NCBI GenBank assembly: GCA_013239625.1 | Contig: MU056737.1 | Location: 2,435,846-2,499,845, forward strand | Origin: Lama guanicoe | Taxonomy: Eukaryota | DNA: 64,000 nucleotides | Reading direction: 5' to 3' | In this document: positions 48,161 to 60,790 of the stretch, piece by piece | Position numbering within the stretch: the stretch's first letter is position 1 | How the letters are laid out: each line of letters begins with the position of its first letter | Notes under the pieces: model-generated | Told to the model about the DNA's origin: nothing | Database searches by the model: none | What the model saw: only the letters and a program-made list of their open reading frames with translations | Made by a program: the position numbers and the translations under genes

Positions 48161-50447
48161 CGGTACCCATATCGGAACGTGGAACCCCCAGACTCAGTCC
48201 CGGGTGTCAGTCTGTTTATACTTTGGCTGCAGTCGAAATACTGAGTGAGTGTTTTGAGCATTTCTATTGAGGGCTTCCTCTGGGCAAACAGCTATGTTCA
48301 TCTGGTCATAGAAAATGAGTGTGTCTTTGCACACAAACAGCCTGGTAGGATGTGACAGGTGCTGGCGGGGGTGAGGGGGCTGACACTCTGGGAGGCTCAG
48401 GGGATGCAGGAAGGAGGCCATCAGGTGCCAAGCTTCGGGTGTGCACTTACGTAAAGAAGAGAATGACTTCTATCCCAGTGGAGGGTGGGAGAGCTTCACA
48501 GAAGAGACTGAATTTTAACTCAGCCTTGGGTGAGAGATGCTATTTAATGTTACGGCATGTGCACCATATGGTATATAATGTTTGTGTGCTATAACATGTA
48601 ATTAATATGCTAAGATATAATGTGTATGACATCTGGTCATCATGTGATAAGATTGCATACAACACATGACTGTGCAGGGAGTGGTCCACCCATGCTACAC
48701 TTCTGGAAAAACCAAAGCCCAGCGTCCTCACCGGGGGAAACGCCGTCTGGTTCTCCCTGGCTCTCCCCCGTCGAGGCAGAGAGGAAGGTTTGATGAAGAG
48801 AAGTATCAGAGACACAGCTCTGATGTCTGGAACTCTTTCTGGAGGTGACAGAGAAGTATCTCGAGAGAGGGCATGGCTCCGAGCATAAGCAAGGCAGCCA
48901 CTTCGAAGGGATGCTGGGGGGAAAACTCAGGCTTTGGGAGTGTGTTTGGGATGAACTTGGAGTGTGTCTGGGCCGGAGAGTCTTGTTAATGTAATTGCTG
49001 CAGTGATGAGCCTGAATGAGATCACGCAGGAAAAGAATTTGAAAGAGAAGAAGGGCTGAAAACAGACGGTCAGAGCCAGCAAAGGAAGGGGGGAAGGTCC
49101 AGCCAACCCACTCCCAGGCAGGTGAGAGTTTCAGCCGCGCGGTGGGCAAGGGGAGTGAGGAGGGGAAAGCTGCCCAGGTTTCACGTAGGCGCCGTGGGCT
49201 TCCGTCGATGGAGATGCATTTGCACCGATCTTAGTGCAGTTTTGATCCCTCCGTTTCATCGAACTTGATTTCTCTCCTTCTGAGCATATCTTCATTGCAA
49301 AAAGCTCCCTGACCTCTTGGCTCCTACATGCTGATAGAACTCTGCTGGAGAGAGGTGCCCTCGGGCTGCTGAGCAGCTGCGTGGGGCGGACGCGGAGGTG
49401 GATGGAACGGGGGTGGGAGGGCCCCTGCTGATGCCGCGGCTGCTGGCCCTCGGAGGGTGTGCTCCCCGCGGGCCCCGGCAGGCGCGGGGCCAGGGAGCCG
49501 AGACCAGCGCTGGGTAAGTGGTAGAAGAAAGGGGCTCTTTACTTTGTGTTTATTGATTGATCTGAGTGGGCAAACAAATATTCATTTTGCCTCCTGTTGA
49601 CTCTGCTTTACAAAATCAGAGTAGAAAAGAGAGGCTTCCCGAAAGGCGCACACTCCGCGCGGGCCTGTCTGTGAGTCTTCCGGGGGCACGTCCCTGAGAG
49701 AATGTCTTCCCATCACCACGTTCCACAGGAAGACGGGGTTGCCTTAATCACCAGTATCTGCAGAAAGCAGGTCTCATCGACTCGCAGGCTGTTGGAACGG
49801 GGGAGGGTTTTCCACGTCGTCTGGCACGTTTGTTCGGTTTAAAGATCGGGAAGCAGGCTCAGAGAGGGGCGGGGGCTGCCAGCCCTGCGTCTCCCGTCAC
49901 CTGGGGACACATGTGCTGAAGGGAGGATGTAGTGCCCCCCGGGGAAGGAGGGGACGGGATGGAAGCCTCAGGTGCCTGAGACACACAGCTCCCAGCACCG
50001 CCTGAGAGTCGTCCTTTATGTTCCATAATAATTACCTGCCCACCCCCAAGGACACCGCATAAGCAGCCTGGTAATTACTGTGCCTGGTTAGCATTCGCTG
50101 CCGAGGAGGCGGATTAAACTGGACCGCCGAAGAAACGCACCGCTAACTCCCAACGCTAACCACTTACGGAAACAACCGCCAGCCAACACACGAAATTCAA
50201 ATCTTTATGAGATTAAAAATGAGTGCTGGGCAATTCATGTCGGCACGTGGGGGGACTTTGTCATGACTGAACTTTGCCAATTTGTTTGATTAAAGTAGCC
50301 AGTCGTGTCTGAGGGTCTTCACGAGGCACTTCATCCCTAATTGCCCTTGACTGATGACTTGTAATCTAAAACATACTGTTTTCCCAGAGAAGACACTTCT
50401 AAACTGGAAATCTCTGCTTGGTCAGGTTCTGGAAACATTAGCCCCCG

Positions 50448-50763
50448 TGTGTTTGTTATCCATTACTGCCTAACGGGTTACCCTGAAGCTCAGCAACTTG
50501 GAAGGACAGACGTGCGCCTCCCACCCATGAGGGTCACGTGTTCAGGCTCATTCATAAGGTTGGCTTCCCTCAGAGTGAATATCCACCTAGAACAGAAGCC
50601 ACAGCGTCTTTTGTCATTTAATCTTGAGGTTGGTGTACCGTCTTGTGTTGTGTTGGTCACACAAGCCAGTGTCACAGGTACCCTACGGGGGGAGCACTGC
50701 AGGTGCGAATGCCAGTGGGGGGTGGGGGGGACTGGAAACATCTTCAAAGCTGCTCGCGCCACA
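50448..50763. mobile_element. MLT1-family (MaLR) LTR relic
   Basis: It starts 'tgttatccattactgcctaac...ttaccctgaagctcagcaactt', contains 'agaagccacagcgtcttttg...tgttggtcacacaagccag', and ends '...ccaca'. Confidence 0.55.
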
Positions 50764-51272
50764 CCCCTTGTCTGACTACATTGCTCTTTTCCTTGGAGCC
50801 GTCCAAAGAACCATTGTATCCAATTTAAGTCTTCCATTAGTACGTATCATGGGTTCTATTTAGAATAAAAAACCGTCAGCCAGATGGACGAGCAGGGAAT
50901 CACACACACTACACAAAGTACATCTTCAGAGAGACAGATGTATGGGTGCAGATAATTGTTTTGAAGTAAAAACTTTCTGTCTATTTTGTGCATTTTTAAT
51001 TTTTAATAGTATGACGTTTTAGGTAGGAAAGAACCGTGAATTTCACTTGCTGTTGATTCAGCCCTTTTCCTAAACTTGCCATTATTATTCTAGTTAAAAA
51101 TATTCATTAAGCATTGAATATTGTGTGAAATGTTTTGCAAAGTGAGTTCCAAGGTGGTGCCGGTCGCCCCCTTAAAAACAGTAGACTAAATTATACTATG
51201 TATGATTCTAAGGGGAGGAAATTCAAGAATGTCTTCAAGAAGAAAAGGAAATATTTAAAATAATTACAGTTT

Positions 51273-51399
51273 GAGGGGAGGGTGTAGCTCAGTGGTAGAG
51301 CACGTGCTTAGCATGCACGAGGTCCTGGGTTCAATCCCCAGTGCCTCCATTAATAAACAAATAAATAAATAAAAATTTCGAAAATAATGAAAATGAAAT
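51273..51399 (+). mobile_element. tRNA-Ala(AGC)-derived camelid SINE (vic-1 type) with A-rich tail and TSD
   Basis: Intact A box TAGCTCAGTGG and B box GGTTCAATCC, AGC anticodon and (AAAT)n tail. The TSD is aaaataattacagttt (51257-51272) versus aaaataattgcagctt (51400-51415). Confidence 0.92.
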
Positions 51400-52584
51400 A
51401 AAATAATTGCAGCTTTGGAAACTAATGTCCAGGGTTGCGCTGCTTAGCCCCGTTCCCTGCACGCCAGCATTATGGCTGATGAGTCTTTTCCATCTTGAGA
51501 AGCTCCAGACACAGCGTCCTTGCCCCGTTTTGCCCATCCTGGAGGCAGGGGTCCTGTCTGTTGAATCAGTACTTGTCCTTTAAAATCTGGGATTAAAAAG
51601 ACAGAATCCAAGGTACCGTCACTGGGAAGGGAACAGACTGGATGGAAGGAAAGAGCCTTCAGGAGAAGCAGGTGAGATTTCCATGTGACCCAAGTGAAAA
51701 GGGTAGAAACTTCGAGGCACGTACGGCTTGTTCAGATGACAGCTCTGGTTCTGCTGCTGCAGAGGTCGCGGCGTCGCCCGCGGCTGCAGAGTTCCTGAGT
51801 TTTCTTGTGTCTGAAGCAGTGATGCTGACGGTTACCCCTCAGGGCGTATGGGGTTGAGTCAGACGCCCTCCTGATGTGCCGTATGCTGTCCGTGCACAGA
51901 GCAAGAGCACCCTGAAAGTGGCCTTCCCTGTCCTCACCGTCACAGCAGTGCTGGCTCTGCGTGACTCGGGTCACCTGTCCTGCTTTTCCAGATGAACACG
52001 GAAATGTTTTCCCTTTACCCACTGGAGAAATTCTGGAAAGTAAAGTGAAGGTTGTGTTTGGTGGCTGGACTCATCTTCGTGGACGCAGAGGAACTCAGTG
52101 GATGAAGGAAGCCGTTGGTGAAGACTGCAACACAGAAGGAAGAAACCTTTGAAATATGATGCATGATGTGAAGTTAACTTAGCTACTGGTACATTGAGTT
52201 TTCTAAGAAATGGGTGCAAGTAAATCTTACATTAATAGTGACTAGCGGGAAACCAGGAGGCGGGCTGTGGAGTCTGTGCAACACACACAGATGCCCTCGG
52301 AGATGTTTGCTGAACGTCGCACGTTGTTAGTCTGGGCGTCCTCACTCTTCTGAGAAAGGAAACCAGAAGCTCTCCAGTCAGCCTTCACATTTACATTTTG
52401 AAAAGACAAGTCCACAGTGGAATTTCCACATCGTCCGAAAGGCAGAGAAACATTTTCTTTTATTAAACACACTTCACAGTTTTGTTTGTGGCCAATCTTT
52501 TCTTCAATTACTTCAGTTTCACAACTCTGAGAACTGGCTCTCAGGACACTGGTGGGGAAGATGAAGAGTAGATGGACAGTGGAG

Positions 52585-52660
52585 ACACACACAGAGACAC
52601 ACACAGACATAAACACACACATAGGCACAGACACACACACACACACACCCTCTCTCTCTT
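52585..52660. repeat. Compound (CA)n/(CT)n microsatellite
   Basis: Read directly. Confidence 0.85.
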
Positions 52661-52738
52661 TGTCTTGACATTGAGCACTAGCTCTTACACCAGGCAGTCC
52701 CACCCATGGGGTCACGCGTCAGCAGCAGACCTCCAGGC

Positions 52739-52842
52739 CAGTGGTTCCCGAAGTGTGGGCTTCAGACCAGCACCATCAGCGTCACTTGGGACCTTGTTCG
52801 GAAGGTGGCCTCTCAGGTCCCATCCCAGATCTGCTGGGTCAG
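52739..52842. mobile_element. MER5A fragment
   Basis: 'cagtggttcccgaagtgtgggcttcagaccagcaccatcagcgtcacttgggaccttgtt'. Confidence 0.7.
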
Positions 52843-53128
52843 CATAGGTGACTGTCACCCCTGAGTCTCTGAGCTCCCAGTAGTCAGAGAAAGAGTAAGA
52901 TGGACTTCAGGATCGAGTGACTATGAACGAGTATTGGGCAATTCGTGTCGGCATATAGTGAGACTCGATCACACTGACTGAGTGTCTAGAACAACTGAGA
53001 CGGCTTCTTCAGGCCAGGAGAGTGTGTCTGTTCCTGGGAAAAAGAAGGGATTGTGCAAACATAGTGCATCCATGCACACCTAGTTAGTGTCATGTGATCA
53101 CCCACTAATAGCTCAGGTAATTAGGCTT

Positions 53129-53218
53129 ATTTTTTTTGATGGAGGGACTGGGGATTGAACCCAGGACCTCATGCACGCTAAGCAAATGCTCTACCGCTGA
53201 GCTCTGTCCTACCCCCGC
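53129..53218 (-). mobile_element. tRNA-Ala-derived camelid SINE
   Basis: 'tttttttgatggagggactggggattgaacccaggacctcatgcacgctaagcaaatgctctaccgctgagct'. Confidence 0.88.
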
Positions 53219-53789
53219 CCTGAGTCTTTCTCTCGTATCATATGTCCCACTAACCTTCTCCACGTGCTCACCCAGGCAGGTGGCAGACTCTGTAGGGCAG
53301 ACACCATTTTAGGCCTCTGATATTAATGGTTCTGCTGCCAACTTTTCCTCCAACCAGAATTCCTACCCACAGCTAAATTTCCAATGTAAGTTAAGATCCT
53401 TTGAGATTTCTCCAAGGGTTCCCATTTCCAAATGGCATATAACTCTTTTCTATGGCATTTCTTTGGTCCCTCGCTTGTCATTTTAAAAAAATCACTCTGT
53501 GCACATTATATCGTGACTGCCTCAGTCCGACTGAAGAAAGTTCGGAGAGGAAGACTCACATCTGACATTTCTTTGTATCATTTCAGTCCAAGCAGGTCCC
53601 TACAGGCTGTTTGGTTAGATGCCCCTTACGTAAATAGAGCGTTCCCTACCATGGACGTGCCTGGGTGTGCTTAGGGACACTCACTCTTGGTCCCTCTCCA
53701 CTGTCTGCGTTTCCGTGACGGTGCCGCTCTCACCAGCGGCCGCAAGTGGGTGGTGGCTCATGGAGGGTGTTTTGGTTTGGTTGTCCTGC

Positions 53790-53905
53790 GTGGTTGGCTT
53801 TTGAACCTCAATTTAAAACTCGGGAAACTTCATGTACGAAGTAAAACTCATGGCTTCCTCTGAGATAAAAGGAGACGTAGAGCCTGCATCCGCATTCCCA
53901 CGGGA
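53790..53905. mobile_element. MER102-like hAT-Charlie relic
   Basis: 'tttaaaactcgggaaacttcatgta...ggcttcctctgagataaa...ccgcattcccacg' resembles the recalled MER102 consensus. Confidence 0.4.
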
Positions 53906-54069
53906 GGTGATGCGGGGTCATGCCCCTTGAGGAGGGTGTGAATTCCAGGGCACCACCGTGCCTAGCACCCCCTCCTGAACTGGGTCCAGTTCACCACCAC
54001 ATGATGTGAAACCTCAGGCATGTTAGTCGTCCCAGTGCCGTGACTGTCTCAGGTTGGAGACAGTCCTCT

Positions 54070-54280
54070 GTAGGAACGCCTGGTTTCGGCTGTTGGCTCT
54101 GCCACTTACCAGCTGTATCTAAGCACTCTTGCGTGAGATATTTACCCTGTGTCTCTCTTTGCCTTCTGTTAACAGGGGATAGTGATGGCACTAACTCGAA
54201 GGTCGTGAGAGTTGAGTGAGTTAATGTCTACGCAGAGCTCAGAACGAAACCGGCACACACTGAGCGCTCGGGCAGTGTCT
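54070..54280. mobile_element. MIR SINE
   Basis: 'ggctctgccacttaccagctgt...ctgttaacaggggatagtgatggcactaactc...gtgagagttgagtgagttaatg'. Confidence 0.75.
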
Positions 54281-54609
54281 GCTCTCACTGTTCTCAGGCC
54301 CAGCAGTCGAACAGCATTTACCACTGTTTCTCTTCTAAGCAGAAAAGCAAAAGATGGGCTGAGAAAGTCATGTTCTTTGTCCCACCTTTCAGTAAAAATC
54401 GGACAAAGCACATTTCTTTTTAAAAGCAAAGGATCTTCCTGAACAGTCAACGTGAGCTATAGTGTTTTGGTGTAAAGGGGGCTCTAGACCAATTTCACCA
54501 ATTACCTGCTTGGGCCTTTGTTAGATTAAGGTCCAAAAGCAGGTTGGTTTTGTATTTTCCCAAGTCAGATTCTAGTACTGGGTTTGTGTGGTTTGGCGTT
54601 TGTTTGAGC

Positions 54610-55240
54610 TTTTAATGCAATCTTTTTGGGGACGATTCTAGGTTTTCAGAAAAGTTGTGGAGTTAGCATAGAGAGTTCTTGTATGCCCCTCCCCCAACAT
54701 CCACGCTGTTAGCATTGCTTTTCCATACACACTAGTCAGCACCAAGGAACTGAGACTGGTGAATTACTATTAATTAAACTCCAGATTTTACTTGGGTTTC
54801 ACCAGCTTTCCCACTGATGGCCTCTTTCTGTTCCAGGTCTGGTCCTGAACCACATTGCATTAATTTGGTTGTGATGTCTCCCCAGTGTTCTCTGATCTGC
54901 GACAGTTTCTCAGTCTTCCCTTGTTTTTCCTGACCTTGAGTCATTTATTTATACTAGGAATGTTAGAGGCTGAGTTGTGCCTCCCCAGGTTAATAGGTTG
55001 GGATCCTAAACTCATGTACCTCAGAATGTGACTGTATTTGGAGACAGAGTCCTTACAGAGGTAATTAAGTTAAAATGAGCTCTCTCAGGTTGGTTCCTGT
55101 GTCCCTTTGGTACGTCCCATACATCTGGTATTTGAATTTTCCTTACCCTGGCCCTAGAATTGGCCATTTCTCCAAAGAATGCAGATCCCTTTTATTTGAA
55201 AATGGCACTTAGAAACCAAGGTCTATGGTACCAGGTTTTG
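54610..55240 (-). mobile_element. Old L1MC/MD 3'UTR pieces interrupted by an MLT1 fragment (about 54961-55080)
   Basis: L1 pieces are 'ttttcagaaaagttg...atagagagttc' and 'ccctggccctagaattggccatttctccaaaga'. The MLT1 piece is 'tacctcagaatgtgactgtatttggagacagagtccttacagaggtaattaagttaaaatgag'. Confidence 0.65.
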
Positions 55241-56637
55241 GTTCTTGACCCGTGGCACCAGCCGGTTCTGTAACCGTATCGTCTAACAGCCCTACTCCTG
55301 CCTGTGAAACCGTTTCTCCCTGTTGGAAGCCTGTCGCTGTCCACGGTACTGATGGTGAAAGGCTTTTCTTATGCTGGGAAGAGAGAAAAATACATGAGAA
55401 TATCACATTTCAACACGCAGTTACAGTCATTCTCTGCTCACATTTGTGATGCTAATAAAGGGAGAAAGCTATATCACTTGGCTGAAATAAATTCAAAATT
55501 TTAGAATTTAATGAGAATACCTGTCTCTTTGTGAATTCATCCCTTGAAGAAGACAAGAGAGCCTCTTTAAAGAGAAAACATAAGACACTGTCCAAAATGG
55601 TATGTGTGAACAAAGATCACACAGTTTTAGATGTGCCTAACACCATGTCTTAGTGATGACAGTTCAAGTGGACACGTGCTTAAGCTGTGGCTTGAAAGGT
55701 TCAGTTTAGATGTGTGCATTTCCTGACAGGTAAGATTAGTGGATTTTGGAGAAAGCAGTAAGGAGGTTTACAGAATTTTCTTCTAACTCTGCTAATAAAC
55801 AGGTGCAGACTGGCTTCAATGTCTACTTGGTTTAAAATGTTTCAGATTCAGTATTTCATTGGATATAAATGATCCCCCTGCCAACCATGATTGAAGCATA
55901 TGAAATCCTGAGGTTCTTCCTGTTCTGTGCACATGTGTTGGAGCGTACATGTCTTTGGGTAAACAGACTTGTGACATACTATACTTTTTTTCTTACGTCT
56001 TCCTAATATGTTGATCTCCGGAGATAGAGGTTAAGAGGCAGTGCTTGTTATAATTAAATAACCAAGCATTACTTTCCACTTAAGGATCTTTAATCAATGG
56101 GTGTTAAGTGCAAATATATTCTGCATTATTACTGCAGTGGATTTTTTATTTTACTGCTAATAAGCATTAAAGTCCCAGAGTGTGAGATACTTTGTCTCTT
56201 TCCTTTTAAAAATTTACATTTGGTGTTTTCTCTTAGAGCTTGATTTTTAAAAGCATTTAAAAACATTGTTTAACACATGGGAAAACACACTGCCACAATT
56301 CTTTCTTTATATGAAGAAATAAGTGCACCTTTGGTTCCCTGAGAAAATAAGAACTTTTAGAGTTAACTGTTAGGAATTAAAACATGTGTCTACAAGATTT
56401 GCCTGAAGTAGTTTAGACCTGAGGCTGTCTTCTGCCTCAGCCCTGTGAAAGAGTCCCACCAAGTCAGATACTTCTAGGACTAGGAGTAGGTCCTTGAACG
56501 GTCAGAGAAGACACCCCTCTCTACCTTTGGTGGAAACCAGCCCTGGATAACCTTTATAAAGAGGACACTTGCTGATATTCAGCAGAAATGTCACAGAGAC
56601 AGACTGCAATGCCATCCTTAAAGTCCCTGTTTTTAAA

Positions 56638-56700
56638 GACAGTCACACTGGGAGTTAGGGCTTCAACATGAATTTTGGGGGACACAGTTCAGCCATATTC
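56638..56700. mobile_element. MaLR (MLT1A/B) LTR terminal fragment
   Basis: 'acagtcacactgggagttagggcttcaacatgaattttgggggacacagttcagccata'. Confidence 0.7.
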
Positions 56701-57059
56701 ATGGATTTTGAGTCATTTGCGTAAAAGCTTTGTCTGTCAATTTCCAGCAGCTCCAGAGAAAGAGGAGCAACATTTTTTTAACCTAAGAAATCTTCTGAAA
56801 GCTCTGCATTTCTGTGCTCCACTTTCTCAGTGCTGCCTAATCGGAATGACTTCATTTCTCCACCTGGTGGCGTTACCTAGCTCTTCCCTAGTTCCTGCGC
56901 TGCCCAGGGCACTGGTCTGAGCAGGTGCTGCCTCCCACGTGCTCTCGGGTGTAGCTGCTCAGTGTTCCTGCTCTGCTTTCTGCCCTGAAACCCTACAGAA
57001 CTTGATCCCGAACTTGGCCTCACAGATCCCCCTCATTATAAACACCTTCTGAGTAACCA

Positions 57060-57195
57060 GGTTGGAACATTCAGAGTGGGTGTAAGAAGCATCGGTATCA
57101 CCTGGGAGCTTGTTAGAACTACAGGCTCTCCAGCCCCACCCAGGTCTCCTGAATATTGACATTCCTCATGAATATTAGAGTTTGAGAAGCACTGC
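57060..57195. mobile_element. MER5A fragment
   Basis: 'gcatcggtatcacctgggagcttgttagaa...ccccacccaggtctcctgaat...agtttgagaagcactg'. Confidence 0.7.
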
Positions 57196-58582
57196 TCTAG
57201 GTGTAGGTCAGAAGCAGCCGCCACCCCGTCCTCCAGCCACTGAGCTGTCATCCAGTTCCCCTTGGGTCTCTACGTGTTTAAGTAAACCTAGTCGCACCAG
57301 CTTCTCCTCAGGGGACTCATTTTCCTAAACAACGCGTCGGTACCTACTAGCTTTTTATTCAGTTTCTCAGAGATCACAGATCCGTTTCTGTGCAGCCTGT
57401 TATGTATTGCAGGACTCCTTTTGATAGTAAGGTGATCATGAGGTGGATACAGATACATATATATACATATACATACCATTTTGATTTTCTAGAGAAAAAA
57501 ATAGGGGATATTATTTGAATCCATTTACCCAAAGCCAATTGTAAGTATTTTTAGTTCTACACGTTTATTTTGTATTATATACACAAAAGGCTTTCTAAAT
57601 AAGGGATTCAAATAGTAATCCCTTTTCTATTTAAATTTTTTCGTTGTTTAGCACTGGACTTTAGATGTATGAATAAGGTTAAGTGAGTCAAATGCTTTCC
57701 TTGCAACTGCTTGAAAAATTCAATAACCAATTATTTTAAATAATTGAAAATTCAGTGAAAATCAACATGAGTATAAAGCAAGATTTCTTTTTTCACCACT
57801 AGTGATGCTTGCTAGTGAGCCAAATAAAAATCACCTGCTTTCTCATGAAAAGTAATGACCTAACAATCACAAGTGCTTTGCAGAAAGTGTCCTTTCAGCA
57901 TGACTATAGTATAGATTTTTTTTAAAAAGAGGCCAATGAGAATAAATGAAACATGCGATTGTAAATTGCCTAGGTTTTTAAGCCATTGTGTCCGTTATTT
58001 TCATCGAGAGGAAAAGGTTCTGATATTTCTGCTCGACATCTTCAAACTCTGTAGTGTTACAGCATCTCACAACTTGCCAAAGAACCACTTTAAAGCTTTG
58101 CCCTTTGATCTTCCACCATTAATAGTGGCTTCCATTTTTTAAAGTGGATAATTCAGGCTAATATGAACTTAGCTCAGGAATGTTACTACTCAGACTGATG
58201 AAACTCAGTTATACCTGAAAAAACTAGAAGGAAGAGCTTTTCTATCAGAAAGAAATTATTTTCAACCTTTGAGTTTCCTCTGCCATGTTGGTTGTGCGGT
58301 ATAACTTAATTAAAAATAAAAAGGAAACGTTTCCTTGTAAGGTATGTCGTTTGGATCAGTCTTCTCAAAGCCTTCCCTGAATTAATCACCGTTATAAACC
58401 CTTTAATGGTTCTCAGTTTCCTGTGAGGTGAAACAGAAATGTCCTGTCTTGATTTTCAAGGCACTTCAGCTGAATTTCATTTCCCCTACATTTCTTTCCA
58501 CCATTTCTCTCTGCAAATAACTCTGTTCCTACATAACCTACGTGGTCTATACCAAGCCCTACTCTGTCGTTCCTCGGAGCCT

Positions 58583-59140
58583 GCTTTAGTTAGTTATCTG
58601 TTGCTGTAGGACAGATCACCCCTAAACTCGGTGGCTTAAAACAGTATTAGTCCTGGGGGGACGAGGTGTAGCCTAGGGGTGAAGTGTGTGCCTAGCATGC
58701 ACGAGGTCCTGGGTTCAGTCCCCAGACCTCCATTTAAATACATACATACATACATACATACATACATACCTAATTACCCCCAAAATAACAATAACAATAA
58801 TAATAAAAAAACATTAGTCCTTTATTATCTCTCGTATTTTCTGTGGGTTCAAAAATGGGGAATAGCTTGGCAACTTGGTCTGACTTGCCCTCTGTCTCTG
58901 AGGTTGCAGGCAGATATTGGCTGGGGCTGCAGTCGCATCTGAGGGCTGGGCTGGGGCTGGAGGCTCCACCCTCAGCTCCTTCACGTGACTGGCAAGTGAG
59001 CACTGGCTGCTTGGGGGTCCTTCCACTGAAGTTATGATGCATCCAAATCACTGGAAACTTATCTAAGTGACCTGTTCTATGGGTGTCTTCAGAATGGAGG
59101 CCAAGGGTGTGGTGGAGCAAGGCCACGGTTTCCAGACTCT
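58583..59140. mobile_element. MLT1-family LTR relic interrupted by a SINE
   Basis: 'ttagttatctgttgctgtaggacagatcacccctaaactcggtggcttaaaaca' resumes after the SINE as 'tttattatctctc...tctgtgggttca...gggctgcagtc'. Confidence 0.75.
58655..58812 (+). mobile_element. tRNA-Ala-derived camelid SINE with (TACA)n and (AAT/AAC)n tail
   Basis: The head reads 'ggtgtagcc...tagcatgcacgaggtcctgggttcagtcccca'. The TSD core attagtcct occurs at 58646-58654 and 58813-58821. Confidence 0.9.
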
Positions 59141-60660
59141 TGGACTTCAGGATGATCTCAGAGAGCCCCTCCCCCCCAGTCATCTTCCAGACTGGCTCAG
59201 TGACACCTGAAATTCCTGAAGTAGACTTTTTTTCTGCCTTTGTGGTTCTTTTCCTTTTACAACTTTTGTCTGCTTATCCCTCACCTGGAGATCTTAAAAT
59301 GTAGATTCTGTTTCCGTAGATCTGGGGTGAAGGCCCCAGATCCTGCTTGTCCAGACCAGACGTGGAGGCATCAGAGTGACTCAACCTCTCGGAAGATAAC
59401 ACCTGACCTGCTGCTGATTGAAAATCGTATCTGCAGCACAGGCCGCTGCCACAGGCTGCTCCCAGGGGACTGCCCCAGGCGTCTGGAGTCTGAGGTGCTC
59501 CCACCTGAATTGACGATTTCCTTCTCTGGTTGGCTCCCCTCCACAAAAAAAAAAGAAGAAAGGAAAAGGTGTGTTCCTCCTTCTTTGCTCCGGTTTCCCC
59601 TTCTTTGCTCCCTGTCCTGGGCAGCAGCCCCTCCCATGTGAGAGAATGCACCGTTCCACTCACCTCCTCTCCTGCCCGTGCCCGCGGCCCTGTGACGACA
59701 GCTGCTGGGTGTCCCCCCCGCGTCTCCTCCTTCCGTCTTCAAGTGCACTCCGGGCACCCTCCTCACCTCTTGCCTAAGCTCTTTAAACCAGAACAAAAGC
59801 CATCTGTTTGGTTTTCTCCTTCACGCTTCACCCTCCGCCTAGGGTGTTACTAATGCGTCCATGGAACAATATCACTTAGACGCCTTCAGCGGTCCCCACG
59901 GCCCACAGCCGGGCTCACGAGGTCCCTGTGATGACCGGTGACCACCGCCGTCCCAGTCTGTGCTCCCACTGTGCCGGGACACGTGCTCTCCAGTAAACGG
60001 GGTACTTCCCAGCCAGTAACGATCCTCCCCTGCAGCGTGGCGTGGCGGAGCCTGCAGAAACCTGCTCACCTTCCAAGGCTCGGGTGACGTCCCCGCGTTC
60101 TGCAGGGAGCCCTCCCCAAGCCCGCCACCCGTGGAGGTGGAGGTGCAGGTCAGAAGAGCCCGCCCTGCCCCGCCCGCCCTGACGTCCGGCTTCTGCAGCG
60201 TCTTCTGCTTCTGTTAGTGTCGTTCTTCTGGCTCTTCTTACTGGGTCGTGAGTTTCAGATGACAAAGGCTGGGGTTTGTTCATCTTTTCGTCTCTTAGAG
60301 CAGCCAGCACAGAAGCCTGTTTACAATAGGAGTTTAATGGATGTTTAGTCCCTTGATCAATTCAATGAATGTGCTTCTTGGACTCTTCTCCTGAAAAGAG
60401 ATTTCATGGAAGGAGAGAGAAGAGACAGGACACCATGTACCGAGAGAATGAGTGGCTGGAGAGAGGGAGGGAGGGAGGCGTGATGTCAAACGTGCCTGAA
60501 GCCCAGCCTCATCCGGAGCGCTGAGGGCGTTAGGGAATGACCCCGCCCCCGAGGGGAGGCTGCGCCCCTCCCTGCTCCTTCCTTCTCATGCTCTGCCTCT
60601 GGCTTATTTCTCTTCTGCCTCTCTTGGGAAATTGTATATTCAGTGTTATTTTATATTCAA

Positions 60661-60790
60661 TTTTTGTTGTTTTTGGGGGGGGAAGTTATTCGGTTTATTT
60701 ATTTTTTATTTAAGGGAGGTACTGGGGATTGAACCCACAACCTCGGGCATGCTAAGCATGCGCTCTACCACTGAGGTGTCCCCTCCCCCC
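60661..60790 (-). mobile_element. tRNA-Ala-derived camelid SINE
   Basis: 'ggaggtactggggattgaacccacaacctcgggcatgctaagcatgcgctctaccactgag', with a T-rich tail. Confidence 0.88.

Noticed and set aside
51278-51349. A functional tRNA-Ala(AGC) gene
   Set aside because: It has an A-rich tail, a TSD and a defective acceptor stem, and four more diverged copies lie in the window. This is a SINE.
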